Made by a program: the position numbers and the translations under genes. 64,000 nt of DNA from Eledone cirrhosa (Eukaryota): the NCBI GenBank assembly GCA_964016885.1, contig OZ024742.1:97340001-97404000 (forward strand), written 5' to 3'. The notes under the pieces were generated by a model. It was not told the origin of the DNA. It made no database searches and saw nothing but the letters and a program-made list of their open reading frames with translations. The stretch's first letter is position 1, and each line of letters starts with the position of its first letter. Below, one piece after another: positions 51,501-64,000 of the stretch.

Positions 51501-52927
51501 TGGGAGTGACCCAAGTTGGATTAAGTCTACCAAACTAAATAGGCTGCAGCATGATTTGAATGCAGAATGTGAGGAATCTTGTATGGCACTGACAATTCTG
51601 CCAATCCATTATGCTGGACTAATACTATATTCTATTGACCTCAAAAACATGAATGGCAAAGTTGACCTTGGCAGGATTTTAATTCAGTGCAAAGACAACC
51701 AGAAGAAGTTTCAAGCATTTTAATCTGACACACTAACACCTCTGCCCATTTACTACCTATTCATTAGAAAATATAGTAACAAAAGGGTTAAAGTAGATGT
51801 AAGGTGAGAGTAACTTAAAACATTATTGATAATACAGATATAGTAAGCAGTGAATTGTCAAAGTTCTAAGATTGTTGGATAAAATGCTTTGTGGTATTTA
51901 TTTCAGCTCTGTGTATTCTGATTTCAAATAGCATTGGGGTCAATTTTGCCTTTCATCATTTCAAGGTCAATAAAATTGTATCCATCAAGTACGGGGGTTA
52001 ATTCTTCCTCTACATCTCTTCCTCACTTCCTTTCTATCATTCTCTTTCATTCTTTGGAAAAATCAGCTATGTTCAGACTTGGAGAGGGACGGGTTATGCC
52101 AGGTTTAAATTGCTCCTACAACTCGACCTGGACTATGCATTCACATACAATGGTGATATAAGAAGTTTGGGATTTATTGACTAAGACCAGAATTAGGGCG
52201 GGCAAGTGAAACTTGGAAAGGATAAATGGAACAGATTTTTAAATGGTTCAATTCAAAGTAAATGACATTTAGTAAGAGGATTAGATCAAGTGTGACTTGA
52301 AACTCACAGAGGAGAACAGTATTGCAGGAGAAAAGGACAGCATTTAAGTTGTAATGTAAAGGATGCAATTGCATTTAGTATGGAGATAGAATTGGGAGAA
52401 TAGAATTGTCAGGAGAGGAATAATGGGCAAGATGAGTTAGAATTATTTTAAAGAATTTTATTGGTGAGAAAGAAGCAAAGAAAACAAAAAGTGATAGGAA
52501 AGTAAGATGGTTTTATACTTCTAACACTGAATCTCTAGGTGGAATAATTGTCTCCAGTTTAACAGGAAAACAAAAGAAAGGCAATAAATTCAGAGAATTT
52601 AGGGAAGAACTACTTCTGTAGTGTGGCATGAAATTGCTCAGCATTCCGAATGATCAATGCCAAAATCCCCAGAAGGGCGGAATACGAAAACTGAGATATA
52701 TCCTAAAAGCTATCAGGAAATATCAGAGAAATGAGGCTTAAGATCCCCTCAATATGATACTTAACAGTTTCAAGTGCCAGTTGGCAAAGATAACTAATGC
52801 TTGTGTATGCATATATATATATGTGTTTGTGTGTGTGTGTACTTATATATATATATATATATACTCTCACACATGCATACACATATATTGACATATATAT
52901 ACTTACACATGTATATATGTATGTGTG

Positions 52928-52977
<50 letters not shown>

Positions 52978-53327
52978 CATACATATATATGTGCACCAGT
53001 GGTGAATGTGATTTGGCTTGCAGTTAACGGAGTGTAAAAATACAGTGAAGAAGCGGAAAATTCAATGAAACACTGACATTCCTGCTGTTCAACAGAGCCA
53101 CACCTTATATTATTATTGAGGTTGTTTGGAATTAAACTTTTAACCTATTTGGTACTGAGGATTGGAGAAGTGAAGGAGGACTGCAGGAGAGTCCTATTAA
53201 TGTATATTAGAGGAGATACATTTACGCATCCTCTCAAAACAAAGAATTCATAAGGAAATAGAATGCATTACATACATAAATAATACTAACACACAGATAT
53301 GTATATATATCCAGCCACCCAGCCCCA

Positions 53328-53416
<89 letters not shown>

Positions 53417-53420
53417 TTAT

Positions 53421-54566
53421 GTGTATTTTGTTAGAGATGCCTACTGACTGTAGTAGGTTTTACTTTGTATTTAGGTAACGCGGGTCTTCTCTATTACTGA
53501 GTACCGCCAAAGCTCTCGGTCCAGTGACATTGTCTTGGAGAGGTGTAAGTGTGTGAGGTCGGAATTTATCAGCTCGTCCCAGGTTTTTCTAGGTCTGCCT
53601 ATTCCGTGGCTACCGTCTATCTTTATTGCCCTGCACTTTGTTATACAGCTGTCGTCTTTCATGCGCATCACGTGACCATACCAACGTAGCCTTCTCTCGA
53701 GTAAACAACATCTGATCCCTCTTATTTCTAATTTTTTCCTTAGTTCGTTTATGCTTTGCCGTTCGCGTATATTACTATTACACATCCAGCGGAACATGCA
53801 AGCTTCGTTCCTCTCTAGTCTACGTATATCCTCTGCACACAATGCCCAGGTCTCACTGCCATGCAACATTGCTGTTCGTATGCAGGCATCATACAACCTG
53901 CCTTTCACTTTTAGGGAGAACCCTTTAGCGGCTAATAGTGGTATAAGCTCTCTGAACTTTTTCCATCCAGTTCTGACTCTAGCTACTGTACTTTCGGATT
54001 TTGTCACCCAGGTAACGGAAGCTGTCCACTATTTCAATAGAACCCTCTGCGCAGTTGAAAGAGCTAGTATTTTGTGGGCACTTGCTGCTACTTATTGCAC
54101 TAGAGCACCGGCCACATGTAAAATCTGTGTTCTTAGTTAGCTTACCTGTGATCCCACTACATCTTTTATGCACCCATACTTTGCATTTGGGACATAAAAT
54201 GGAGTTTCTACCTACGCCTTTCCTACACACTGAGCATGGCCATTTCCCGGAAGGGACCGGCGCCTTATTTTCTTTCCTACAAACTAGAACTTTAGTCTTA
54301 GCCATGTTAATTTTAAGGCCTTTTGATTCTAGGCCGTGCTTCCATGTTTGGAATTTCTTCTCTAGCTCGGCCATTGATTCAGCTATGAGCGTTAGGTCAT
54401 CTGCGTATAGGAGTTCCCATGGGCAGCCGGTCTTGAACTCCTCTGTTATAGCCTGGAGAGCAATAATGAATAGTAGGGGGCTAAGAACAGAGCCCTGATG
54501 GACACCAACTTTTACGCTAAACTCTTCACTATATTCGTTGTTAATTCTAACCTTGCTCACTGTTTC

Positions 54567-54570
<4 letters not shown>
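53421..54570 (-). mobile_element. RTE LINE family B fragment (RT + PHD + C-terminus), lacking most of the 3' UTR
   Basis: Very close copy of 27255-28420 with a short deletion near 53995. Both ends lie in TA runs. Confidence 0.95.
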
Positions 54571-54603
<33 letters not shown>

Positions 54604-55166
54604 CCACATGCTTGCATTCATATCATAGACTCACATACATGCTTTCATTCCTCATCCTTATCATTTAGTATTTGCTTTCCCCTGCTAGCAAGGGTTGGAC
54701 AAGTCTTCAAAGTCTAAGTCAGTAATGAAGTGTGTCTACTGTGTAAGCAAATCCCCAGACAGGCTAGGGATTTGCTTACACATGTACACATACAAGACTC
54801 TACAAGTTACTTGATCCAACCTGCTAAAAATAACAACCAAATCTCCTTCAAATCATGTATTATTCATATTAACAAAGTATTTAATATTACACTTGATAAT
54901 CTAGACAAAAAAGTTCATGACAAGTGACAGGAACTATCTATGTATTCCTGACAACTGACTCAGGAGTCTTTGAGACCATTAAAAATGCATCTACCTAGAA
55001 CTGTGACAACCTATCCAACCCATGCCAGCATGGGAATGGGCATAAAATGATAATGATATATATTCACTTTTACTTTAGTATCAGTGTTCTCTTATTCTTT
55101 TACTTCTTATAGTCACTAGACAGTAATCATGCTAGGGCACTGCCCTGAAGAAATTTAGTAGATCAT

Positions 55167-55366
55167 NNNNNNNNNNNNNNNNNNNNNNNNNNNNNNNNNN
55201 NNNNNNNNNNNNNNNNNNNNNNNNNNNNNNNNNNNNNNNNNNNNNNNNNNNNNNNNNNNNNNNNNNNNNNNNNNNNNNNNNNNNNNNNNNNNNNNNNNNN
55301 NNNNNNNNNNNNNNNNNNNNNNNNNNNNNNNNNNNNNNNNNNNNNNNNNNNNNNNNNNNNNNNNNN
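55167..55366. other. Assembly gap (200 N)
   Basis: Read directly. Confidence 1.
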
Positions 55367-55527
55367 GGTGATGGTGGTGAGGATGAGAATAATAGTGATG
55401 GGAGATGATGATGGAGATTGGGATGATAGTGATGATGGTGATGATAATGAAGATAATGATAATGATGGTGATGATGATGGATGATGATAATAAAAATGTC
55501 AAGGATGATAATTACAAGTACATATGC

Positions 55528-55700
55528 TGGTGATGGTGGTGGTAGTGGTGGTGGTGGTAATGATGGTGATGGTGGTGGTAGTGGTGGAGGTGGTAATGAT
55601 GGTGATGGTGGTGGTAGTGGTGGAGGTGGTAATGATGGTGATGGTGGTGGTAGTGGTGGAGGTGGTAATGATGGTGATGGTGGTGGTAATGATGATGATA
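55528..55700. repeat. 36-bp minisatellite within (GAT/GGT)n low-complexity DNA
   Basis: GGTGATGGTGGTGGTAGTGGTGGAGGTGGTAATGAT, about 4.5 copies. Confidence 0.9.
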
Positions 55701-57556
55701 GTGGTAGTGATGATGATGATGGTGATAGTGATAATGATGATGGTGTTAGTGATAATGATGGCAATGATGATGAAAAGTATGATAGTAGTGGTGATGATGA
55801 TGATGATGATGACAATGAGGATGTGCATGGTAAATAAAGTAAAATAAACAATGGCAGTGTTTGAAGAAGAGACAGACATTTCATAGTGATGTCTTGTTCC
55901 GTAGTTTAGTAGAAACATCCGATAGATCCGATACGTCCGTGGAAATATTACGTTTGCTTCACTGAACATCCTGTCATTGTTGTGGAACAAATTTTCTGGT
56001 GCTATAGCAGCCATGATTGTTTACTGACGAATTCTATTGAGTAGAAGGGGCAGGATGGGGAAGGAGGATTCACTGACATCACTGTCGTCATCATTGTCTT
56101 TATCATTAAGTTCACCAGTAGTTGTGTAAGGTAGACACTTGATAATGAGTGCTTATATCTGTGTTGAATTTAACATGGCACCAAAACTGTTGTATGTTAG
56201 CTAAATTATACAAAATTATAACACAAAAGAGAAAGGAAAAATTCATGAGATTGGACTAAGGAAACAATGTTTCCGTGGTTTTCTATTACTGAAACAATAG
56301 AAAAAAACATCTAATAGAGTAATTTGTTCATTAACACACACATTACACTCTCTGGTTTAGAAATCAAAGCCATCACCTTATGGTTATGAATCCAACACCC
56401 TAAACACTAGGCCACATACCATCACCAAACTATATGATATTTTACCAAAGTATATTGTAGCAACATTTTAAAGCAATATTCCCATGGCAGGCATTATAAT
56501 ATTCATCATAGGGTCCTTTTGAAGCAATATTTTACAGCCAAATGCCCTTTCTGGTTTCAACCCTATTAGTTGCCTCTTATAACATGCAAAGATATAGTGT
56601 TCCTATTGTAAACCAAATAAACATAATTTATAATACATTATAGTTTTTATTTATACCAAACTATAATACATTATATAATAAATATTTAAGCTACATACAA
56701 CATATATGAGGAGATTTAAGATAAATTTGATAAAGATATAACTACAGTTTTTTTTAATTAGAAGCCTAAGCCTATACATTTTCTCCTATTCCATAGAACA
56801 AAAAAGTATAAGAGATTGTTGTCTCTTCATCAAAGGATAACTACCCCTGAATGTAGTGTTTCGCAAAAATATTTATTTAAAATATTATTTTCTAAAGGTA
56901 AAAATCATTTTAAATATCACATTTTCAGCTGTAGCATTCGAAATATTTAGGGGATTCAGGCAAACAGAGGTAACTGGTGGTGCTCGTGAGGGTGCTTGGT
57001 TGTTCCAATGCATCAGCCTTGCCATCACTCGAGGTAATGCTGCGAGTGTGCTGGCTTTCCTAAAAAATTATTAGAGAGGTGACTCAGTGCTCATCGCAAT
57101 ATTGTTATATTTTGCCCTGGTAGCAGTTTGTTTGTCCACCCCTTTCACCTGCCTTTTGTTGTATGTGGTCCTAGATGTAAGTATTACCTGCTTGTGTGTT
57201 TTTTCTTTCCTTTTCACTTTCCTTTTTCCTTTCCCTTTTCTTTCTCTTTTTTTTAATTAGTCATAATGTTATTTATACAAATCTTCCATAAATGAAAATA
57301 TTCTTTCATTAAATTACCAATTAAGTATATTTGAACTCACCTATAGGCAAATAATTCATTGAAATGTTAGTTTTACAGGGCTATTTCTATTATTTTGTAA
57401 AGAATTTGTTTGAGATAAATTATTTATAACAGAAACAGGACTAGTTATGTAATTGTTAAATTTCAGCATATAAATATGTTTCCTCTCTACTCAACATATT
57501 GATTAACTTGCATTATTTATAGTTCTTTCCATTCCGAACATGATCATCATGAACAC

Positions 57557-57593
<37 letters not shown>

Positions 57594-57701
57594 ATGTGTG
57601 TGGTGTGTGCATGGCTAAGGAGTTTGATTTACAGCCACATGGTTTCAGGTTCAGTCAAACTGTGCAGCACTTCCAGCAAGTGACTACTACACATGTATAT
57701 G

Positions 57702-60700
57702 TCATCATCATCATCATCATCGTTTAACGTCAATCTTCCACGCTAGCATGGGTTTAGATGGGAATTGTCCCACTTGAGGCAGCAATGGTTGTCTCGCTCG
57801 TATAGGATTGTCTGGCATGTTTTCTATGGCTGGATGCCCTTCCTAACACCAACCCCGTTTACAGTGTGGACTGGGAGGTTTTTACTGTGTTACCTACATG
57901 GCCACATTACAGCGTGGACTGCGTGTTTTTTTGTCGTCACACTTACACGACCTTGTTTATTTAGGACTGAATGTTATGGTACCAACATAACTTTACAGAA
58001 AAAGGGGTGGTATTGATGGGGGTGGGGGAGTTGGGGGAGCGGGAGGGGGTGTATATTTGATTAAGAGGTGCCTACTGACTCTAGCTTTCGCTTTGTACTT
58101 AGGCAAGGCGGGTTTTCTGTATTACTGCGTAGCGCCAAAGATCTCGGTCCAGCGACATTGAATTAGAGAGGTGTAGGTGCGTAAGGTCGGAATTTATCAA
58201 ATCGTCCCAGGTTTTTCTGGGTCTGCCTACTCTGTAACTTCCATCTATTTTGATCGCCCTGCACTTTTTTATACAGCTGTCGACTTTCATGCGCATCACG
58301 TGACCATACCAACGTAGTGTTCTCTCGAGTAAACAGCATCTGATCCCTCTTATACCTAATTTCTCATTTAGTTCCTTTATGCTTTGCTGTTTACATATAT
58401 TACTATTACACATCCAGCAGAGCATGCATGCTTTATTCCACTCCAGGCTGCACACATCCTCTGCACACAATGCCCATGTCTCATTACCATGTAACACAGC
58501 TGTTCGTATGCAGGCATCATACAGTCTGCCTTTCATTTTTAGAGAGAAACCTTTAGTGGCCAATAGCAGTATAAGCTTTCTGAACTTTTTCCATCCCGTT
58601 CTGACTCTAGCTACTGTACTTTCAGAGCACCCTCCACCACTTACGGAAGGTGTCCACTATTTCTATAGAGCCATCTGGGGAATAGAAGGAGCTAGTATCC
58701 TGTGGGTGCTTGCTACTTATTGCACCTGAGCACCGGCGGCATATAAAATCTACGTTCTTAGATAGCTTACCTGTGATCTCACTACATCTTTTATGCACCC
58801 ATAATTTGCATTTGGGACATAAAATGGAATTTCTGCTTACACCTTTCCTACACACGGAGCATGGGCATTTCCCAGAGGGGACCTGTGCCCTATTTTTCTT
58901 CCTACATACTAGAACTTTAGTCTTAGACAAATTAACTTTAAGGTCTTTTGATTCTAGGCCATGCTTCCATGTTTGAAATTTCTTCTCTAGTTCATCCATC
59001 GATTCAGCTATGAGCGTTAGATCATCTGTATAGAGAAGTTCCCATGGGCAGCCAGTCTTGAACTCCTGTGTTATAGCATGAAGGGCAATAATAAATAGGA
59101 GGGGGCTAAGGACAGAGCCCTGATGAACACCAACTTTTATGATAAATTCTTTACTATATTCGTTGTTAATTCTTACCTTGCTGACTCTTTCTTTATACAT
59201 GGCTTGTTTCGCTCTCACAAGCCATTCATCAACCCCTAGTTTTCTAAGGTTCCACCAGATAATGACGCGGGGGACTCTGTCAAATGCTTTCTCTAAGTCA
59301 ACAAATGCTAGGTATAGGGGTTTAGTTTTAGCTACGTACTTCTTCTGTAGTTGTCATACAAGGAAAAGGGCGTCTGTGGTACTTTTACCTGACACAAACC
59401 CAAACTGCATTTCATCTAGATCAATTTGCTCTCTGATTAGTTGTGCTATAACTTTTTCTGTGACCTTCATGACCTGGTCAATTAATTTAATGCCTCTATA
59501 GTTTCCTCTATCTAGTGCATCTCCTTTACCCTTGTAGCAGTTAATGACGGTGCTGCTACACCAGTCATTTGGTATGACCCCGTTCTGTATGACTTGGTTT
59601 ACTATCCGGGTGACCATAGTGTGTCCCACCGTTCCAGATGCTTTCAGCATTTCAGCAACTATCCCTGAAGGTCCAGCTGCCTTGCCTGTCTTCATATCTT
59701 TGATTGCCTTACTTATTATACTACCTTCAACTTACACTGCTGGTCCCTCTATTGGATCAATGTAGGGCAGACTATCTTTGTCCCATTTATTCTCCTCATT
59801 TAGTAGCCTCTCGTAGTGACACTTCCAAGCTACCTTCTTATCAGCGTCAGTTATGGCAAATGCACCATCATCATTACGGACACATTTCTCCCTGATAATA
59901 TCATGGTTTTCCTTGACACATTGCCTAGCAATCCTGAACACCTCATGTTTTTGGTCCTCGCATTGTAGAACATGCTTGAACTTTCTTTCCTCTGTTTCCC
60001 TTCTTGCAAAGTACACTTGTCTCCTAGCTTCCCTCCTGGCCACTTGATAGTCTTCTCTACTTCCCCCCATCCTGCCATACTTTCCAAGCCTGCTTTTTGG
60101 CCTTGATTGACTCCTCCACCTTACTGTTCCACCACCAAGTTACTCTCCTCTTGCCTACAGGTCTGCTCCAGCCAGAGATTTCATCTGTCACCTTCAGCAG
60201 GTTAACTTTCAGGAATTCCCACTGTTCCTCTATATTGTACGACTCTAATTGCTCTTCCTTACTGATCTACAGCTGATCAAGTGATTGTCTCGTTTTTTGA
60301 AGTTTGTGTTACAAATGGTTAGATTATTTGCGTCACAGAATTCCAGGATTCTGGAGCCTTCTCCATTTCTAGTACCAAACCCATAGCCTCCATGGATTCC
60401 GTCATAGCCGTCACAATGTTGTCCAACATGACCATTTAGGTCACCAGCAATAATTACGTAGTCACTGTCGGTTATTTAGGAGGTAGTGAGCATTAGCAAC
60501 TCATAGAATCTGTCTTTTATAATGCAAGGCAGTCCGGATTGGGGTGCATACGTGGATATTATTGTCACAGTAGTTCTATTTCGAACAAGTCTTATTTTAA
60601 TTATTCTGTCGTTCATTCTATTTACGTCTATTATCTTATCTACCCCTTTTTTCTGCTAGCATCATTCCTACCCCACTCAGCCCATTGTCATTTCCCACCC

Positions 60701-60890
60701 AGAAAAGTTTATCGCATCGTTTTTTACCGACAATGAATCTAGCAGACCCACCCCTCCACCTGGTCTCTTGAATACAGCAAACATGAACTTCCTTACGTTC
60801 AAGCATGTCTACAACCTCGTTAGAGCGACCTTTTAAAGTGCCTACATTCATGGTACCAACTCTGAAGTTTTGGATTGTGTCACCCTGTTA
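57702..60890 (-). mobile_element. RTE LINE family B, older copy reaching the EN N-terminus
   Basis: RVGTMNVGTL..CCIQETRW (EN start), RT, PHD finger, C-terminus and UTR. About 250-bp internal deletion near 60265 relative to the 27-30 kb copy, and many stops. Confidence 0.93.
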
Positions 60891-61110
60891 AATAGTCATT
60901 TTGGTGCCATGATTAAAAGCACCCAGACCACAATGTAATGTGGTTGGTGTTAGGAAAGGCATCTAGCTATAGATACTAAGCCAAAATACAGATCCGTACG
61001 AGCAAGTCAAGGTCTCCTAACCTGACATGTTGCATAATGTGATAAACCATCTAACCCATAGAAGTGGGGAAAATTGACATGAAGTGACGAAGATGATGAG
61101 GATAATGATG
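60890..61110 (+). mobile_element. SINE/LINE 3' tail fragment
   Basis: GGTGCCATG..AAAAGCACCCAG..GTGGTTGGTGTTAGGAA.GGCATC.AGCT.TAGA, ending in (GAT)n. Confidence 0.7.
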
Positions 61111-61204
61111 ATATATATATATAAATATATATATATACATACACACACATATCTATATATACATATATGTATATATATATATATATATGATGAGGATAAT
61201 GATG

Positions 61205-61271
<67 letters not shown>

Positions 61272-61684
61272 CACACACACATATCTATATGTATACATAC
61301 ATGTCCATATATATATGTATTCATTTACATGGACATGTGGTGTCTCTTATTGATTTGTAATGATAAAAATGACTATCTAGATGAAATAAAATATAATATA
61401 TTACTGTGAATATTTATGTTGTACTAGAGGAGGTGAATTAGGAAGACTGAGTTATGGTTGAGATGATAATTATATATGACACAATAGAACAATTACTGTT
61501 GATGCTGATAGTGGTTGAGCAACTCTTTGTTGATGTTTCTTTTGTTGTAATGACCATATCTGTGGTACCAGGTGTTGACTAGACTAAATTAACTCTAATA
61601 AACATGATTGTGACACGAACAACTGTGACCATCTTCGTTGAGCAATGGTGATGACTTGCAAGTTGGTAATGTTATTCACAGTAC

Positions 61685-62100
61685 AGCATGGTGGATTGGC
61701 AGAATCATTAGAGCATCTGTCAAAATACCTGGCAGCATTTAGTTATGGCTCTTTATGTTCAAATTCTGTTGATGTCAATTTGCTTTTCATCATTCTGGGG
61801 TCAATAAAATAAAATACCAGTAACGAACTGGGGTGAACTTAATCAACTATTGGCTTTGTGCCTAAATCAGAAACCATTATTATTATTATTATTATTGCAT
61901 GTCATAGGGGTAGATTTGCAGAATTTTTCAACAGTCGAATAAATGCTGAGCAGTATTTGTTCTGGCTATTTACTTTTTGATTTCATATCCCATTGAGGTC
62001 AACTTTGTTTCAATAAAATAAAGTACCAGTCAAGTAATTGGGACAATTTAATCGACTTTACACTCCCTCCAAATTGCCTGTCTTATGCCCAAACTATAAA
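61685..62100 (+). mobile_element. Two tandem degenerate SINEs of the second family
   Basis: TTGGCAGAAT..GTCAA.TTTG..AATAAAATAAA.TACCAGT twice; the first ends in an (ATT)n tail. Confidence 0.65.
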
Positions 62101-62249
62101 TTAGTATAGTACAACATTTCTCCATCAGTAGAATATGGCAATCTATGTGAATTGGAGTCCAATCTGAGAGATCCGTGGTTCCAATTATATAATGACTATG
62201 ATGAACTGTCTAAAATTTCCTAGCAGGGAAAAAGTACATGAAATGAGTA

Positions 62250-63560
62250 TTTTTATTATTAGTTTATTTTTCGTTTGATTTCCATATTATTTCATTTTCC
62301 AGCCAGGTTTCAACTAGAGATCTAAGGCTCATATACCGTATATGAAGAAGAACTTCCTGAGAAGGTTAGTGGTTGAATTCAGCACAAGTTTTTGAACCTC
62401 ATAGATTGTAAGTTTCCCTAGGATCTAGTCAAATGTTTTGCCAGTACCTTTCTTGATTATTTCCAGGGCACCAGGGATGGTTTAGGCTTTTAATTGCCAC
62501 ACCCTAGGTATCTCAATTTCAAGATCCTTTTATTTAGATAGTTTCTCAAATTCTTTTCCTGAGCTGTTTTTTTCAGTAGACACTGACATATCAATTAGGA
62601 AAACTTTTTGTCTTAGGTCTTTGATGACAGCTTGTTATCATTTATTTGCCTGTCTGTATGTATCATGTAATCCCATAGGATGGTAACATTCTCTCCCTTG
62701 GTGACTGGCTGTGAATGGTTTTCAGACCAGTTCTTAGGGTGCAGGATATCATAGTGACAGCAAATGCTCCAGTGCAGGTATTAGCCTACTCGATCAAGCC
62801 TTGTTTTATATTCTGTAGAAGCAATGTCTGAACAACTGGCAACAATGTAGTCAATGCTCTCAAGTTTGTCATCACAGAGTCTGCACTTTGTGTCTATCCC
62901 ATTGTACAAGACTTAATATTTTCAGTAGAGAAGACTGATTTTGAGTCACTAGGGTAAATCATTTTGTTTCAAATCAGTGCTATACAGCCACTGATAGGTT
63001 CCTTTCATATCTACATCAGCTTTCCCAGCTTGTTTGTGGTATTGCCCATGCAATGGTTTTTCTTGTCACAGTCTTGACATTTCCTTGAAGCTTTTCATTT
63101 TGGCTTTCGTCTTACACTTTTTTGCTGCCTTAGTGGATATCATGTCCTCATTATCATCATCATGATCAGGGAGGTTAAGCTCACATCTGTATTAATATAC
63201 CTCCTTTGAGATTGAGTGCCATTTCTGACCCTGTTCATGTTGTCCTACCCACTCTATCCTTCAATGGGTGTTACTTTGGATATACATTTGGAGTCCTATC
63301 ATGATTGTGTTAAGGATCTTTCAAGTTACATTAGGCCTTTACTACATTCATTTCATAGGCGATAGAGCCTATGGACGTCTGCTTTTGGGTAATGCATCCT
63401 GTTTAATGTCGGCAGTTTCCTAGTCTTTATGTCCAGACATTAGACTTTCTTCAAATTCCAATTAATGGCATTAAAGATATACTTGATAAGAAGTACAGCC
63501 AGGGAGCTTACAGCCTCAATTCTATTCTGGGAATTCAGCTCAGTTATTTAATTGGAAAAT
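62250..63560 (-). mobile_element. R4/Dong-like non-LTR retrotransposon fragment (CCHC knuckle + restriction-like endonuclease)
   Basis: KCRLCDDKLESIDYIVASC, YKTRLDRV (RHD-like), ILWDY, FLIDMSV, EK..KDLEIEI. Heavily degenerate. Confidence 0.8.
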
Positions 63561-63589
63561 TTGCCCTAATGAACATCATACTGCAGCCT

Positions 63590-63900
63590 CAGATATTCAA
63601 GATGTATTGGATGGTCCTTGCTGTTCCCAGGAGGCATGTCTTTTCCAAAAAAAGAGGGCTGGGCTAATGTTCTTTATCTAGCCTTGGAAATTCTTTGAGA
63701 TAGTACTGAGTGCTCCTATAATGATGGCGAAAACATTCATCTCATAAATCCTTTTCAATTCCCATTTTAGATCCTGGTACCACTCAATTTTCTCCTTCTT
63801 ATTTTCTTGCACTCTTGTGTCAAAGGAGCAAGCTACATCTATAATCAAGCAAGATCTTTTTTCCTTGTCAAAAATCACCAGGTCAGCCAGGTTCTCCACC
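63590..63900 (-). mobile_element. Second RLE-domain LINE 3' fragment
   Basis: ADLVIFDKEKRSCLIIDVAC.FD..KKEKIEWYQDLKWELKR..IIIGAL and KTCLLGTARTI: PD-(D/E)xK restriction-like endonuclease C-terminus. Confidence 0.8.
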
Positions 63901-64000
63901 TGAAAACAGTCCTCTGTGCTGATAAGACCTTAAGTGTTACCTTTACACTAATGAACTAATTGACACCTTTCTCCCATATCATATTGATGTAATATGTTTT

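Noticed and set aside
55132-56014. Pro-rich, Gly/Asp-rich and poly-Thr/Ile ORFs
   Set aside because: They arise from a 36-bp minisatellite and (GAT/GGT)n DNA, and two run into the N gap. Open frames on both strands are expected from low complexity.

Overview
AT-rich, microsatellite-dense eukaryotic DNA with one 200-N gap (55167-55366). The repeat repertoire and composition suggest a cephalopod (Octopus-like) intronic or intergenic region; this is an inference. No host protein-coding gene can be supported, and most ORFs in the track are microsatellite or antisense artefacts. The window is a mosaic of mobile elements: several RTE-clade LINE families (one with a PHD finger inserted in the RT), tRNA-derived SINEs sharing their 3' tails, CR1 and R4/RLE LINE remnants, an internally deleted mariner, a hAT remnant and two non-autonomous Helitrons carrying minisatellites. 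The most notable signal is a set of Penelope-like retroelements (PLEs) from three lineages (Neptune-, Naiad- and Poseidon-like) plus three ORF-less long fold-back elements. Nearly all sit in or against (TA)n tracts and carry minimal type I hammerhead ribozyme motifs, most with a palindromic stem III. Four of these motifs share an unusual U-U pair at the base of stem II. All alignments, translations and folds were done by eye.
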